From contig CAVZZG010000003.1 of assembly GCA_963779685.1 (NCBI GenBank), forward strand, positions 1,095,382 to 1,159,381: 64,000 nt of DNA, in the 5' to 3' direction. Of the stretch, positions 52,414 through 61,829 are shown piece by piece (position 1 is the stretch's first letter; each line of letters starts with the position of its first letter). The position numbers were made by a program, and so were the translations under genes. The DNA comes from an uncultured Actinomycetes bacterium (GTDB lineage Bacteria > Actinomycetota > Thermoleophilia > Gaiellales > F1-60-MAGs149). Below the pieces are notes generated by a model. It saw only the letters and a program-made list of their open reading frames with translations, did no database searches and was not told where the DNA came from.

Positions 52414-53372
52414 CAGCCGGCCTCGACGCCGACCACGAAATCGATCTCGGGGTCGAGGATCTGCTCGATCAGCGTCTCGTCGGGCGCGATGCCCATCTCG
52501 CGGCACCGGTTGCGGTAGTGGCGCACCTTCTGCAGCTGGTACTTCTGCACGTCGAGGCCCGGCACGGCCTTCTGGTACTCGACCAGGCCGACCAGGTTGC
52601 CGCGGTACTCGTCGAACACCTCGTGCACGGCGTCGGCGTACGACGGGTTGGCGGCGATCAGCTGCCGGCAGGCCTCGGTGCCGAACGTGATGTGCCGGCC
52701 CTCGTCGGCCAGGATCATCCGGAACCCCTGCTTGAGGCCCGGGAAGGCGCCCCACAGGTCGCAGGTGTCGATGGCGATCTCGTAGGACGGCATCGTCAGC
52801 ACGCCCTCGGCGAACGCGTTGTAACAGGCCGAGAACTGCACGAACGCCCGCTCGATCTCGGCCTGCGTCCCGTGCATGGCGGCATGGGTGAGCGCCTCGC
52901 CGTAGCGCGGCAGGCCCTCGTGGAGGATGTCCTTGACCTCGAACCGGCCGGTCGGATCGACCGTCTTCGACCGCACCAGGAAGTACTGCGCGACCTCCTC
53001 GGGATCGAGGGCGCCGACCACGTCGCGGTGCCAGCGCATGAACATCTCGGCGTGCTTGGCCTCCTCCATCAGGAACGTCGAGAGCATCATGATCCAGTCG
53101 AACTTCCGCAGCGCGTGGGCGGCGGTCAGCATCGGGATGACCTCGTCCGTCACCGCCTGCTCGCCGGCCAGGAACCGCACGGTGACGCCCAGCAAACCCC
53201 GCTGCTGCGCCTCGTTGATCCGCTTCCAGTCCTGCACGTCCTGGGTGAAGTCGAGGTCGTCGACCGTCCAGAACTTCCGCATCGCCTTCTCGTACTTGCG
53301 ATAGATCGGCCCTGCAATCAGCTCGCGACTGAAGTAGAACCGGCTCGCAACCTCAGCATCCACTTTCGCCAT
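52413..53372 (-). CDS. R2-like ligand-binding oxidase (ferritin-like)
   Basis: FLAGEQAVT, EEAKH, EGVL, DEGRHITFG. Confidence 0.8.
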   Translation of the reverse strand: MAKVDAEVASRFYFSRELIAGPIYRKYEKAMRKFWTVDDLDFTQDVQDWKRINEAQQRGLLGVTVRFLAGEQAVTDEVIPMLTAAHALRKFDWIMMLSTFLMEEAKHAEMFMRWHRDVVGALDPEEVAQYFLVRSKTVDPTGRFEVKDILHEGLPRYGEALTHAAMHGTQAEIERAFVQFSACYNAFAEGVLTMPSYEIAIDTCDLWGAFPGLKQGFRMILADEGRHITFGTEACRQLIAANPSYADAVHEVFDEYRGNLVGLVEYQKAVPGLDVQKYQLQKVRHYRNRCREMGIAPDETLIEQILDPEIDFVVGVEAG

Positions 53373-54378
53373 GCCCGGCAGGGTAGTACAGGCCGCGAGA
53401 CCGGAGAACCGCCTCGATCTCGGGCCGGCGCTGCTGCAACTCGTCGTGGTCCTTCGCCGGCAGGAACCGCGACGCCGCGCCGGTGCGCGGGACGTGCACG
53501 AAGCGCGTCTCGAGGTGGCTCGTCAGCTCGCCGAGCAGCCGCTCGAGCTGCACCGCCGGGCGGCCGTCGACCTCCTTCTCGACCCGGAACCACGTCCACT
53601 GGCCGTTGTGGGCCGCCAGCGCCATGGCATCGACGTGGAACGTGTTGGTGTTGAAGACCGTCACGGCCGACCGGTCGAAGTCCGCCGGCAGCCGGAAGTC
53701 CTCGAGGATCACGGGACGCCCGTTCCAGCGCACGGGCAGGCCGCCCCGGTCGGCTCCGCGGTCGACCACCTCGGCCGTCAGGGGCGCGCCGTGCATGCGG
53801 TGGTAGCCCACCAGCAGCGGGTCGAGCGTCGCGCCGAGGTTGTCGAGGTTCGCGAGCATCAGCGTCTCACCGCCGCCCTCGATGAACCGCTCGAGCAGGC
53901 CCGAGTCGACCAGCGCGTCGACCAGGTCGCCGTGGCCGCGGGCGTACTCGCTGGGCCGGCCGTCGGCGTCGAGGAAGACGTCGCCGTCGGGTGTCATGCG
54001 GTGGCCGACGCCCTGCCGGAACACGTGCACGTCGTCGCCGGCACCGGCCAGGGCCGCGCGGATGGCCTGGTCGGTCGCCATGCTCGTCATCAGGAGCAGC
54101 GGCGGGCGCCGCCCGTAGCGCTGCTCGAGCAGCTCCATCTCGCGCAGGCGCAGGTCGAGGAACGTGCAGCCGTCGATCACCTCCACCAGCGCCTTCACCA
54201 CGCCGCCCATGCGGGTGGCCATGCCCCCCGCCAGCACGACCAGGCCGACCGTACCGGCTTGAAGCGCGTCGGCCCCGACCGCGGCCATGGCGGCCCGCTC
54301 GGCCGTGCCGGGTGCCGGCAGCGACTCCACGTCCCCGGGCCACGGCGCCTCGACGGTGCCGGCGACCACGTTGGTCAC
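53353..54378 (-). CDS. UDPGP-family UTP--glucose-1-phosphate uridylyltransferase
   Basis: LAGGMATRMG..VK, GHGD, NLDNLGA, FNTN, QLERL, RFLPAK. Confidence 0.8.
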   Translation of the reverse strand: MTNVVAGTVEAPWPGDVESLPAPGTAERAAMAAVGADALQAGTVGLVVLAGGMATRMGGVVKALVEVIDGCTFLDLRLREMELLEQRYGRRPPLLLMTSMATDQAIRAALAGAGDDVHVFRQGVGHRMTPDGDVFLDADGRPSEYARGHGDLVDALVDSGLLERFIEGGGETLMLANLDNLGATLDPLLVGYHRMHGAPLTAEVVDRGADRGGLPVRWNGRPVILEDFRLPADFDRSAVTVFNTNTFHVDAMALAAHNGQWTWFRVEKEVDGRPAVQLERLLGELTSHLETRFVHVPRTGAASRFLPAKDHDELQQRRPEIEAVLRSRGLYYPAGHGESGC

Positions 54379-55409
54379 GGCCGTTCGCCGCCCAGGTCGA
54401 AGGGCGGGCGCACCACGCCGCGCTCGGTCACGATGGCCGTGATCAGCGTCGCCGGGGTGACGTCGAAGGCGTCGTTTCGCACCGGCGTCCCCGTGGGCGC
54501 CACGGACACGCCGGCGACGTGGCGCACCTCGTCGGCCGACCGCTGCTCGATCGGGATCGCGGCGCCGTCGGCCGTTGCCGGGTCGATGGTCGAGGTGGGT
54601 GCCACCACGTAGAACGGCACGTCGTGGTAGCGGGCCAGCACCGCGAGCGTGTAGGTGCCGATCTTGTTGGCCGTGTCGCCGTTGCGGGCGATGCGGTCGG
54701 CGCCGACGACCACGCCGTCCACGGAGCCCTCGCGAAACAGCGCCCCGGTGGCGTTGTCGGTGACGAGCGTGTGCCGGATCTGCTCCTGCGCGCACTCCCA
54801 CGCCGTCAGCCGCGAGCCCTGCAGCAACGGCCGCGTCTCGGGCACCCAGACATGCGGGTCGCCGCCGCGCTCGGCCACGGCCCGGATCACGCCGAGCGCG
54901 GTGCCGTACCCGCCCGTGGCGAGCCCGCCGGTGTTGCACTGGGTGAGGATGCGAGCGCCGTCGGCGAACAGCGCCGCCCCGTGCGCGCCCATCGCGCGAC
55001 AGCGGGCGACCTCGTCGGCGTGAATGGCGCGGGCGCGGGCCGCCAGCCGGCCGCGCGCCTCGAGCGCCGTCGCGACGTCGCGGTCGAGCTCCGCCATCGC
55101 CTCCCCCACGCCCCAGGCGAGGTTGGTCGCCGTCGGCCGGGCGGCTGCCAGGGCCGCGGCCTGCTCGCCGACGTACTGGCGCAGGCCGCGAGGATGCTCG
55201 GGCGCCGAGACGGCCGCCAGCGCGACCCCCATGGCCCCCGCCACGCCCAGGAGCGGCGCGCCGCGCACGGCCAGGCACTGGATGGCGTCGATCAGCTCGG
55301 CGACCGTGGTGCACGTGCGCTCCACCCGCTCGCCCGGCAGGCGCGTCTGGTCGAGCAGGACGATCGCGCGGTCGTCGAGGCGGATCACATCCGCCGCGGC
55401 GAGCGTCAC
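54375..55409 (-). CDS. mtnA: S-methyl-5-thioribose-1-phosphate isomerase
   Basis: LDQTRLP, VRGAP, RPTA.NL, CNTG.LAT, ETRP.LQG, NKIGTY. Confidence 0.95.
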   Translation of the reverse strand: MTLAAADVIRLDDRAIVLLDQTRLPGERVERTCTTVAELIDAIQCLAVRGAPLLGVAGAMGVALAAVSAPEHPRGLRQYVGEQAAALAAARPTATNLAWGVGEAMAELDRDVATALEARGRLAARARAIHADEVARCRAMGAHGAALFADGARILTQCNTGGLATGGYGTALGVIRAVAERGGDPHVWVPETRPLLQGSRLTAWECAQEQIRHTLVTDNATGALFREGSVDGVVVGADRIARNGDTANKIGTYTLAVLARYHDVPFYVVAPTSTIDPATADGAAIPIEQRSADEVRHVAGVSVAPTGTPVRNDAFDVTPATLITAIVTERGVVRPPFDLGGERP

Positions 55410-56662
55410 GTACCCTCCGACCAGGACGCCAGGTACCGCTCCTGCTCGGCGCTGAGGTCGTCGATGGCGACGCCCAGCGTCGCCAGCTTGAGCCGGGCGA
55501 TGTCGCGGTCGAGGACCTCCGGCACGACGTAGACCCGCCGATCGAGGGTCGAGCCGTGGGTGATGAGGTAGTCGACCGAGAGCGCGTGGTTCGAGAAGTT
55601 CATGTCCATCACGGCGCCGGGATGGCCCTCGGCCGCGGTCAGGTTCACGAGCCGCCCCTCGGCCAGCAGGAGGAGGCGCCGGCCGTCCGCCATCCGGAAC
55701 TCCTGGACGTGCTCGCGCACCGTCCGCACCTCCGTCGCCAGGGACTCCAGTCCCGGCACGTCGATCTCGATGTTGAAGTGCCCGGCGTTGGCGAGGATGG
55801 CGCCGTCCTTCATCAGCTCGAAGTGCTCGGGGCGGAGCACGTGCTTCGAGCCGGTGGCGGTGCAGAACAGGTCGCCCTCCGCCGCGGCGTGGGCGACCGG
55901 CATCACCCGGAAGCCGTCCATGGTGGCCTGGAGCGCGCGGATCGGGTCGACCTCGAGCACGATCACGATCGATCCGGCGCCGCGGGCGCGATCGGCGATG
56001 CCCCGGCCGCACCAGCCGTACCCGCCCACCACGAACGTGCGGCCCGCGAGCAGGATGTTGGTGGCGCGCACGATGCCGTCCACCGCCGACTGGCCGGTGC
56101 CGTACCGGTTGTCGAAGAGCTGCTTGGTCTGCGCCTCGTTGACGGCGATCACCGGGAAGGCCAGCACGCCCTCCTCCTCCATCGCCTTCAGCCGCACGAC
56201 CCCGGTCTGGGTGCCCTCGGTCGCGCCGATGATGTCGTCGATGTGTTCGCGGCGATGGGCGTGGAGGGTCCCGATCAGGTCGGCGCCGTCATCGAGCACC
56301 ACGTGCGGCCGGTGGTCGGCGGCGGCGTTGATGTGACGGTAGTAGGTGTCGTGGTCCTCGCCCTTGATCGCGTAGGTGCGGATGCCGTGGAACTGCACCA
56401 GCGCGGCCGCGACATCGTCCTGGGTCGAGAGCGGATTCGCGGCGCACAGCACGATCTCGGCCCCGCCCGCGGCGAGGGCCCGCATGAGGTTCGCCGTCTC
56501 GGCCGTGACGTGCATGGAGGCCGCGATGCGGCGGCCGACGAAGGGGCGCTCGGCGGCGAACCGCTCGCGGATCGCCGCGAGCACGGGCATCTCCCGGTCA
56601 GCCCATTCGATGTGGCGCTGGCCGGCCTCGGCCAGGGAAATGTCGCTCACGTCATGGTCCAC
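55406..56662 (-). CDS. ahcY: adenosylhomocysteinase (start uncertain)
   Basis: NPLSTQD, FDNRYGT, GYGWCGRG, GHFN.EI, EGRLVNL, GHP..VMD. Confidence 0.95.
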   Translation of the reverse strand: MDHDVSDISLAEAGQRHIEWADREMPVLAAIRERFAAERPFVGRRIAASMHVTAETANLMRALAAGGAEIVLCAANPLSTQDDVAAALVQFHGIRTYAIKGEDHDTYYRHINAAADHRPHVVLDDGADLIGTLHAHRREHIDDIIGATEGTQTGVVRLKAMEEEGVLAFPVIAVNEAQTKQLFDNRYGTGQSAVDGIVRATNILLAGRTFVVGGYGWCGRGIADRARGAGSIVIVLEVDPIRALQATMDGFRVMPVAHAAAEGDLFCTATGSKHVLRPEHFELMKDGAILANAGHFNIEIDVPGLESLATEVRTVREHVQEFRMADGRRLLLLAEGRLVNLTAAEGHPGAVMDMNFSNHALSVDYLITHGSTLDRRVYVVPEVLDRDIARLKLATLGVAIDDLSAEQERYLASWSEGT

Positions 56663-56723
56663 CGTCGGTAAGAGTCTAACGACGCGCTCTTGTGTTGCGG
56701 GCGACCTGCGGCACCATACGGTC

Positions 56724-57167
56724 ATGAGCGAGTCCGTCCGGACCGGCGCGACCGTGTGGCACGAGCGCCGCACGCGCCCGGTGGTGGCCCTGTTCGGGGT
56801 GCCGACGGCCTTCCTGATCGTGATGGCGTTCGCGGCGCATCCCTGGCAGTTGCAGGCCGTGGCGGGCCTCGCGGCGGTCGTCTTCGGCGCACTCGGAGTG
56901 CGCGCCTGGCCGCGCGCCCTGATCGAGGCCTACACGGTCACGGACGAGGCGATCCGGGTCGAGCGCCCGCACGAGCCCGACGTATCGGTGCCGCTCCAGG
57001 CCATCGAGCGCGCTGTCCTGCGCGGCGACCGGGTGTCGTTCGACACCCAGCGCGGTGACCTCACGCTGCACTTCGTGCGGCACCAGCGCTCGCTGCTGCG
57101 GGCGCTCGAGCGGGTGGCCCCGAACGTCGTCATCGAGCGCAAGCTCGACGCCTTCTGCCGCACCTGA
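56724..57167 (+). CDS. membrane protein
   Basis: Two TM segments followed by a soluble domain. Confidence 0.6.
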   Translation: MSESVRTGATVWHERRTRPVVALFGVPTAFLIVMAFAAHPWQLQAVAGLAAVVFGALGVRAWPRALIEAYTVTDEAIRVERPHEPDVSVPLQAIERAVLRGDRVSFDTQRGDLTLHFVRHQRSLLRALERVAPNVVIERKLDAFCRT

Positions 57168-57198
57168 GGGATTCGCTGGTAGACCCGCCGGGCGCGGG

Positions 57199-58203
57199 TC
57201 ACAGCAGCCGGGAGGCCGCCAGCCGCGCCTTGATCGCGGTCAGGCGCTCGATGTCGAGCGCGTCCACGCCCTCGGCGTCGGCCAGGGCGATGCTGGCGAA
57301 GTCGCCGAGCGCGAGCAGCCAGAAGAGGCGCGAGACCTCGTCCTCGCCCTGCCCGCTGAGGGTGATCACGTCGGCCCCGTCGGCCGCCGCGGACTCCGCC
57401 ACCGCGTCGGTCAGCTCGGTCGCCTGGGCCGCGTCGGCGGGATCGCGCAGGAACACGGCCACCTGCCGGAACGCCCCGCGGCGCAGCTGCTGCCAGCCGA
57501 GCACCTCGTTGTGCGCGATCTCGGGCAGCGCGCCCGTGAACGCGAGCACCTTGGCGTTCTCGTTCAGCTGGTTCTTGATCCGCAGCGCCGCCGCCGCTCG
57601 CGGCCCGGTGCCGTACAGCACCGCCACCCGCCCCAGCAGACCGCCGGCGAGATCGCGTGCGGCCTCGCCGCCCCGGTCGCCGGCGAGCGCCCCGGCGCCC
57701 TTCGCGGCCCGCGCCAGCAGACCGGACGGGTCGGGGACGACGCCGGCCTCGTGCAGCGTGGCGAGCAGCGCCGACAGCAGCAGGCCGAGCGCGAAGCGCG
57801 GCGCGTAGCCGCCCTCGACGACCACCGCCGGCTCGCCGGCGCCGGCCGCGCGCGCCCCGAGCTCGCCGCCGGAGCAGATCGCGACCCTGGTCGCGCCGCG
57901 CGCGCCGGCCTGCTCGTACCAGTCGAGCGCCTCGATGGTGCCGCCGGAGTAGGACGTGACGCAGACCAGCGTGCCGGGGCCGACCCAGCCGGGCAGCGCG
58001 GTGTCCTGCACCACCACCACCGGCACGGCCAGCTGATCGCCGAGCAGCGAGACCGCCAGCCGGCCGCCGGCCGCCGACCCGCCGAGGCCGCAGAGGGCCA
58101 CGGCGCGGAATCCCGATCGTCCGGCGAGCAGGCCGGGCGGCGGGGCCGTCCGCAGCTGGGTCGCGAACATCGCCGCCTGCGCGACGGCCGATTCAGGAGC
58201 CAT
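57199..58203 (-). CDS. bifunctional phosphoglucose/phosphomannose isomerase (SIS)
   Basis: GLGGS, SYSGGT.E, KNQLNENAK, PEIAHNE. Confidence 0.88.
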   Translation of the reverse strand: MAPESAVAQAAMFATQLRTAPPPGLLAGRSGFRAVALCGLGGSAAGGRLAVSLLGDQLAVPVVVVQDTALPGWVGPGTLVCVTSYSGGTIEALDWYEQAGARGATRVAICSGGELGARAAGAGEPAVVVEGGYAPRFALGLLLSALLATLHEAGVVPDPSGLLARAAKGAGALAGDRGGEAARDLAGGLLGRVAVLYGTGPRAAAALRIKNQLNENAKVLAFTGALPEIAHNEVLGWQQLRRGAFRQVAVFLRDPADAAQATELTDAVAESAAADGADVITLSGQGEDEVSRLFWLLALGDFASIALADAEGVDALDIERLTAIKARLAASRLL

Positions 58204-59134
58204 CGAAGACCTCCCCGGCTGCGACGATCGTCCCGTCGGCCACCACGGCCCCGGCGGCCACGCGGGCGCCCCGGCCGATCACCGCGCGGTGCACGCGCGC
58301 GTCGCGGCCGACCACCGACTGCTCGTGCAGCACCGACTCCTCGACGGTCGCGCCGGCTTCCACGCGGGCGCCCTCGCCGATGGCGCAACGCACGATGGTG
58401 GCGGTGGCGTCGACCGCCGCGTCCGCGGCGATGACGCCGTCGCCGATCAGCGCGAGGTTCGCGGCCAGGTAGCTGGCGGGCGTGCCGATGTCGTTCCAGT
58501 ACCCGGTGGCGTGGAAGCCGACCAGGCCGTGCCCGACGAGCCGCGGGAAGACCTCACGCTCGATGTTCACGCGACGGCCCGGTGCGATGAAGTCGAACAC
58601 CGCCGGGTCGAGTGCGTAGGCGCCGGCGTTGATCCAGTAGGGGGGCGGCCCCGGGTCGGTCGGCTTCTCGACGAACGCGGTCACGTTGGCGGCATCGTCG
58701 GTGAGCACGAGTCCGTAGCGGGCCGGGTCGTCGACGGCGGTGAGCGTGAGCGTGGCGGTCGCTCCTCGCCCGACGTGCATGTCGAACAGGTCGGCCAGGC
58801 TGGCCTCGGCGATGATGTCGCCGTTCAGGGCCAGGAACGGGCCGTCCACCTCGCCGAAGGCGGCGAAGCGGATCGCGCCGGCCGTGTCCATCGGCTCGGG
58901 CTCCACGGCGTAGTCGAGCCGCATGCCGGCGTAGTGGTCGCCGAAGGCGGCCACGATCGCGTCGGGCAGGTAGCCACACGAGAAGATCACCCGGTCGACC
59001 CCGGCTGCGGCGATGCGGTCGAGCATGTGGGCCAGGAACGGCCGGCCCGCGACGGGCAGCATCGGCTTGGGCCGATCGAGCGTCAGCGGCCGCAGCCGGG
59101 TGCCCTCGCCACCCACGAGGACGACGGCGATCAC
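58193..59134 (-). CDS. NDP-sugar pyrophosphorylase (mannose-1-phosphate guanylyltransferase-like)
   Basis: LVGGEGTRLRPLT..RPKP, NGD, FVEKP, WNDIGT, LbH tail. Confidence 0.9.
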   Translation of the reverse strand: MIAVVLVGGEGTRLRPLTLDRPKPMLPVAGRPFLAHMLDRIAAAGVDRVIFSCGYLPDAIVAAFGDHYAGMRLDYAVEPEPMDTAGAIRFAAFGEVDGPFLALNGDIIAEASLADLFDMHVGRGATATLTLTAVDDPARYGLVLTDDAANVTAFVEKPTDPGPPPYWINAGAYALDPAVFDFIAPGRRVNIEREVFPRLVGHGLVGFHATGYWNDIGTPASYLAANLALIGDGVIAADAAVDATATIVRCAIGEGARVEAGATVEESVLHEQSVVGRDARVHRAVIGRGARVAAGAVVADGTIVAAGEVFDGS

Positions 59135-61821
59135 GGCGCGACGGGCGCCCGACGAGGGCGGCCGATCGAGTCGTACTCGAAGCCCGCGCGGGCTGCCTCG
59201 CCGGGGTCGAGCAGGTTGCGACCGTCGATCAGGAGCGGCCGCGCCATCAGGTCGCGCAGGTGCGGGTCGAGCACGGCCCGGAACTCGTTCCACTCGGTCA
59301 CGATCACCGCCGCATCGGCCCCTTCCAGGGCCTCGGCGACGGTGGCGCACACCCGCGCGCCGACCTGGGTCAGCTGGGTGCCGGCCGCGATCGGGTCGTA
59401 GGCGCGCACCTCGGCCCCCTCGGCCACCAGACGGGAGGACAGGACCAGGCTCGAGGCCTCGCGGACGTCGTCGGTGTTGGGCTTGAAGGCGATGCCGAGC
59501 AGCGCCACGCGCCGGCCGCGGAGGTCGCCGAGGTGCGTCTGCAGCTTCGCGATCACGCGGCGCTTCTGCAGCTCGTTGACCTCGATCACGGCCGTCAGCA
59601 GCTGGAAGTGGTAGCCCGTGTTGCCCGCCAGCTGCTTGAGGGCGCGGACGTCCTTGGGAAAGCAGTTGTGCACGACCAGGCCGTGGGTCGTGACGAACGT
59701 GTGCGGCCCGGGCACCTCGAGCGAGTAGACCGGGCCGGCGAACGGCACCTCGTCGACGCGGGTGACCCGGACGAGCGCGTCGCCGCCGCGGGAGCGGTAG
59801 CCGGTCGGCAGGGCGGTGTCGGGCTGCGCCGAGATCGAGGCCCGGATCGTCTCGCGATCGTCGGGCCGGACGAACTCGAGCACCTGCCCGATCTGGCCGG
59901 CACCGGCGATGCGGATCCAGAAGGTGTCGCAGGTGGCCTTCCCGGCCCGGCCGACCTTGAGGCCGGCCGTGATGCCGATGCTCGAGAGCAGCCGCAGCAC
60001 GCCGTCGGCGAGCTCGCGGCTGACCGTTCCGTACTCGAGCACGACGCTCGAGCCGTCGCCGCCCACGTAGGACCACGATCCCTGGCCGCGCCACAGTCCC
60101 GCCAGCAGGGCCCGGCGCTCCGGCTCCGGCCGGGCGAAGATCAGGCCCGGGATGGCGTGGTCGTGGCCGCCACGGCCGAGCCCCAGCGCGTCGAACAGGC
60201 CGGCCAGCAGGTGCGACGACACGCTGACCTCCATGCTCGCGGCCAGCCTGCGCGCCGAGGCCCTGACCCCGAGCACGGCCAGGTAGTCGCGCACCTCGTC
60301 GGCCAGGCTTCGCTCGCCGGTGGGGCTGAACGACCAGGAGAGACGCCGGCGACCGCCATCGGCGGCGATGCGCCCGCCGGCCAGGTACAGCCCGACCACG
60401 CGCCAGAAGGCCTCGTCGGCAGCGAGCTCGATCGGGACGTCGGCGACGTTCGTGAGCGCGGCCACCGGCGTCATGCCCGGCCCGGCGACGCCCAGCCCTT
60501 CGAGCTCCTCGAACCGCTCGCGGGTGGCACGCGAGCGGGCCAGCGCCACCTCCCGGACGGTGAGCTGCGCCGCGTCGACCATCTCGACGGGCTCGTCCGG
60601 CATGCGGACGAACACGCTCCCCTCGTCGGGGCCCGCGTACTCGACCACGGACAGCATCGGAGTGGCACCCGCAGGTGCCACCGGCGCGTCGCCGGCGAGC
60701 GGGAGCCAGCACGTCCGGTCGAGATCGCGAGCCAGCACCACGCGGGTCGCACCGGAGTCGGGATCGACCACGACGAACGGGTGATCGTCGGTGCACTGGA
60801 CGCGACGGCCCATCCCGGTCTGCACCTCGACCATGCGACCCGTACCGGACAGCCGGGTGATGGCCGAGACCGCGTACCAGGCGGGCAGGCCGCCATCCCA
60901 GGCCAGCACCTCGATGCCGGACGGCTCGAGCAGGGCCGCATCGTCCGGCATGCCCTTCGAGGTCGCCGTGTCGCGATGCAGGTCGGCGAGCTGGACGAGC
61001 TGGGTGCCGTGATCCGTTCGCACCAGCACCGTCTCGTCCCCGACCAGGCAGCTACCCCCGAATCCCAGCCCCGGGCGCAGGAAGCTGGCGCCGATGCGGC
61101 GGTCGAGCCCCATGCCGCGCGCCACCTCGGCGACGTCGGCGCCGACCGTCTCGCAGACGTTCGCGATCTCGTTGATGAACGAGATCTTGGTGGCCAGGAA
61201 CGCGTTGGCGGCCAGCTTGATCATCTCGGCACTGGCGACGTCGGTGCGGACGATCTCGGCATCGATGCCGTCGTAGAGCCGGGCCACGCGGTCGGCGTCG
61301 GCCACCGAGTCGGCGCCGATCACGATCCGGTCGGGCGCCATGAAGTCCGGGACGGCGGCACCCTCGCGCAGGAACTCGGGGTTCGAGAGGTAGGCCACCC
61401 CCTGCAGGCCGGCGGCGTCCAGTTCGGCCCGCACCTTGCGCCCCGTACCGACCGGCACGGTCGACTTCATCACCAGGGCCGCGCCGTCGGCGCTGGCCGG
61501 GATCGCGCCGATGACCGCCTGCACCCGCGAGAGGTCGGCGTCGCCCGAGGGCATCGGCGGCGTGTCGACGCAGATGAACGCGAGCCGCACCTCCCGGAAC
61601 AGCTCCTCGAGGTCGAGCGTGAACGTGAGCCGGTGGCGATTGCGCCGTAGCAGCTCCTCGAGGCCGGGCTCGTGCAGGGGCACCTCGCCGCTGCGGAGCC
61701 GCGCGACCTTGTCGGCGTCGATGTCGCGGCAGAACACGCGGTGGCCGAGGTCGGCGAAGCAGGTGGCCGTGACGAGCCCGACGTAGCCCACTCCGATCAC
61801 GCCGATCGGCTCGCCGGCCAC
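59131..61821 (-). CDS. ugd: UDP-glucose 6-dehydrogenase containing an intein
   Basis: GVGYVG, KSTVPVGT, NPEFLREG, GFGGS|intein|CFPKD, AFKPNTDD.RE. Confidence 0.93.
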   Translation of the reverse strand: MAGEPIGVIGVGYVGLVTATCFADLGHRVFCRDIDADKVARLRSGEVPLHEPGLEELLRRNRHRLTFTLDLEELFREVRLAFICVDTPPMPSGDADLSRVQAVIGAIPASADGAALVMKSTVPVGTGRKVRAELDAAGLQGVAYLSNPEFLREGAAVPDFMAPDRIVIGADSVADADRVARLYDGIDAEIVRTDVASAEMIKLAANAFLATKISFINEIANVCETVGADVAEVARGMGLDRRIGASFLRPGLGFGGSCLVGDETVLVRTDHGTQLVQLADLHRDTATSKGMPDDAALLEPSGIEVLAWDGGLPAWYAVSAITRLSGTGRMVEVQTGMGRRVQCTDDHPFVVVDPDSGATRVVLARDLDRTCWLPLAGDAPVAPAGATPMLSVVEYAGPDEGSVFVRMPDEPVEMVDAAQLTVREVALARSRATRERFEELEGLGVAGPGMTPVAALTNVADVPIELAADEAFWRVVGLYLAGGRIAADGGRRRLSWSFSPTGERSLADEVRDYLAVLGVRASARRLAASMEVSVSSHLLAGLFDALGLGRGGHDHAIPGLIFARPEPERRALLAGLWRGQGSWSYVGGDGSSVVLEYGTVSRELADGVLRLLSSIGITAGLKVGRAGKATCDTFWIRIAGAGQIGQVLEFVRPDDRETIRASISAQPDTALPTGYRSRGGDALVRVTRVDEVPFAGPVYSLEVPGPHTFVTTHGLVVHNCFPKDVRALKQLAGNTGYHFQLLTAVIEVNELQKRRVIAKLQTHLGDLRGRRVALLGIAFKPNTDDVREASSLVLSSRLVAEGAEVRAYDPIAAGTQLTQVGARVCATVAEALEGADAAVIVTEWNEFRAVLDPHLRDLMARPLLIDGRNLLDPGEAARAGFEYDSIGRPRRAPVAP
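59665..61050 (-). mobile_element. intein (462 aa) with LAGLIDADG-type endonuclease domain
   Basis: Starts CLVGDETV; block B CTDDHPF; block F VYSLEV..PHTF; ends VVHN before Cys+1. Confidence 0.93.
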
Positions 61822-61829
61822 GGGCTCGC

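Noticed and set aside
52413-53372. Ribonucleotide reductase beta subunit (nrdB/nrdF)
   Set aside because: No R1 partner nearby and the motifs fit R2lox better.
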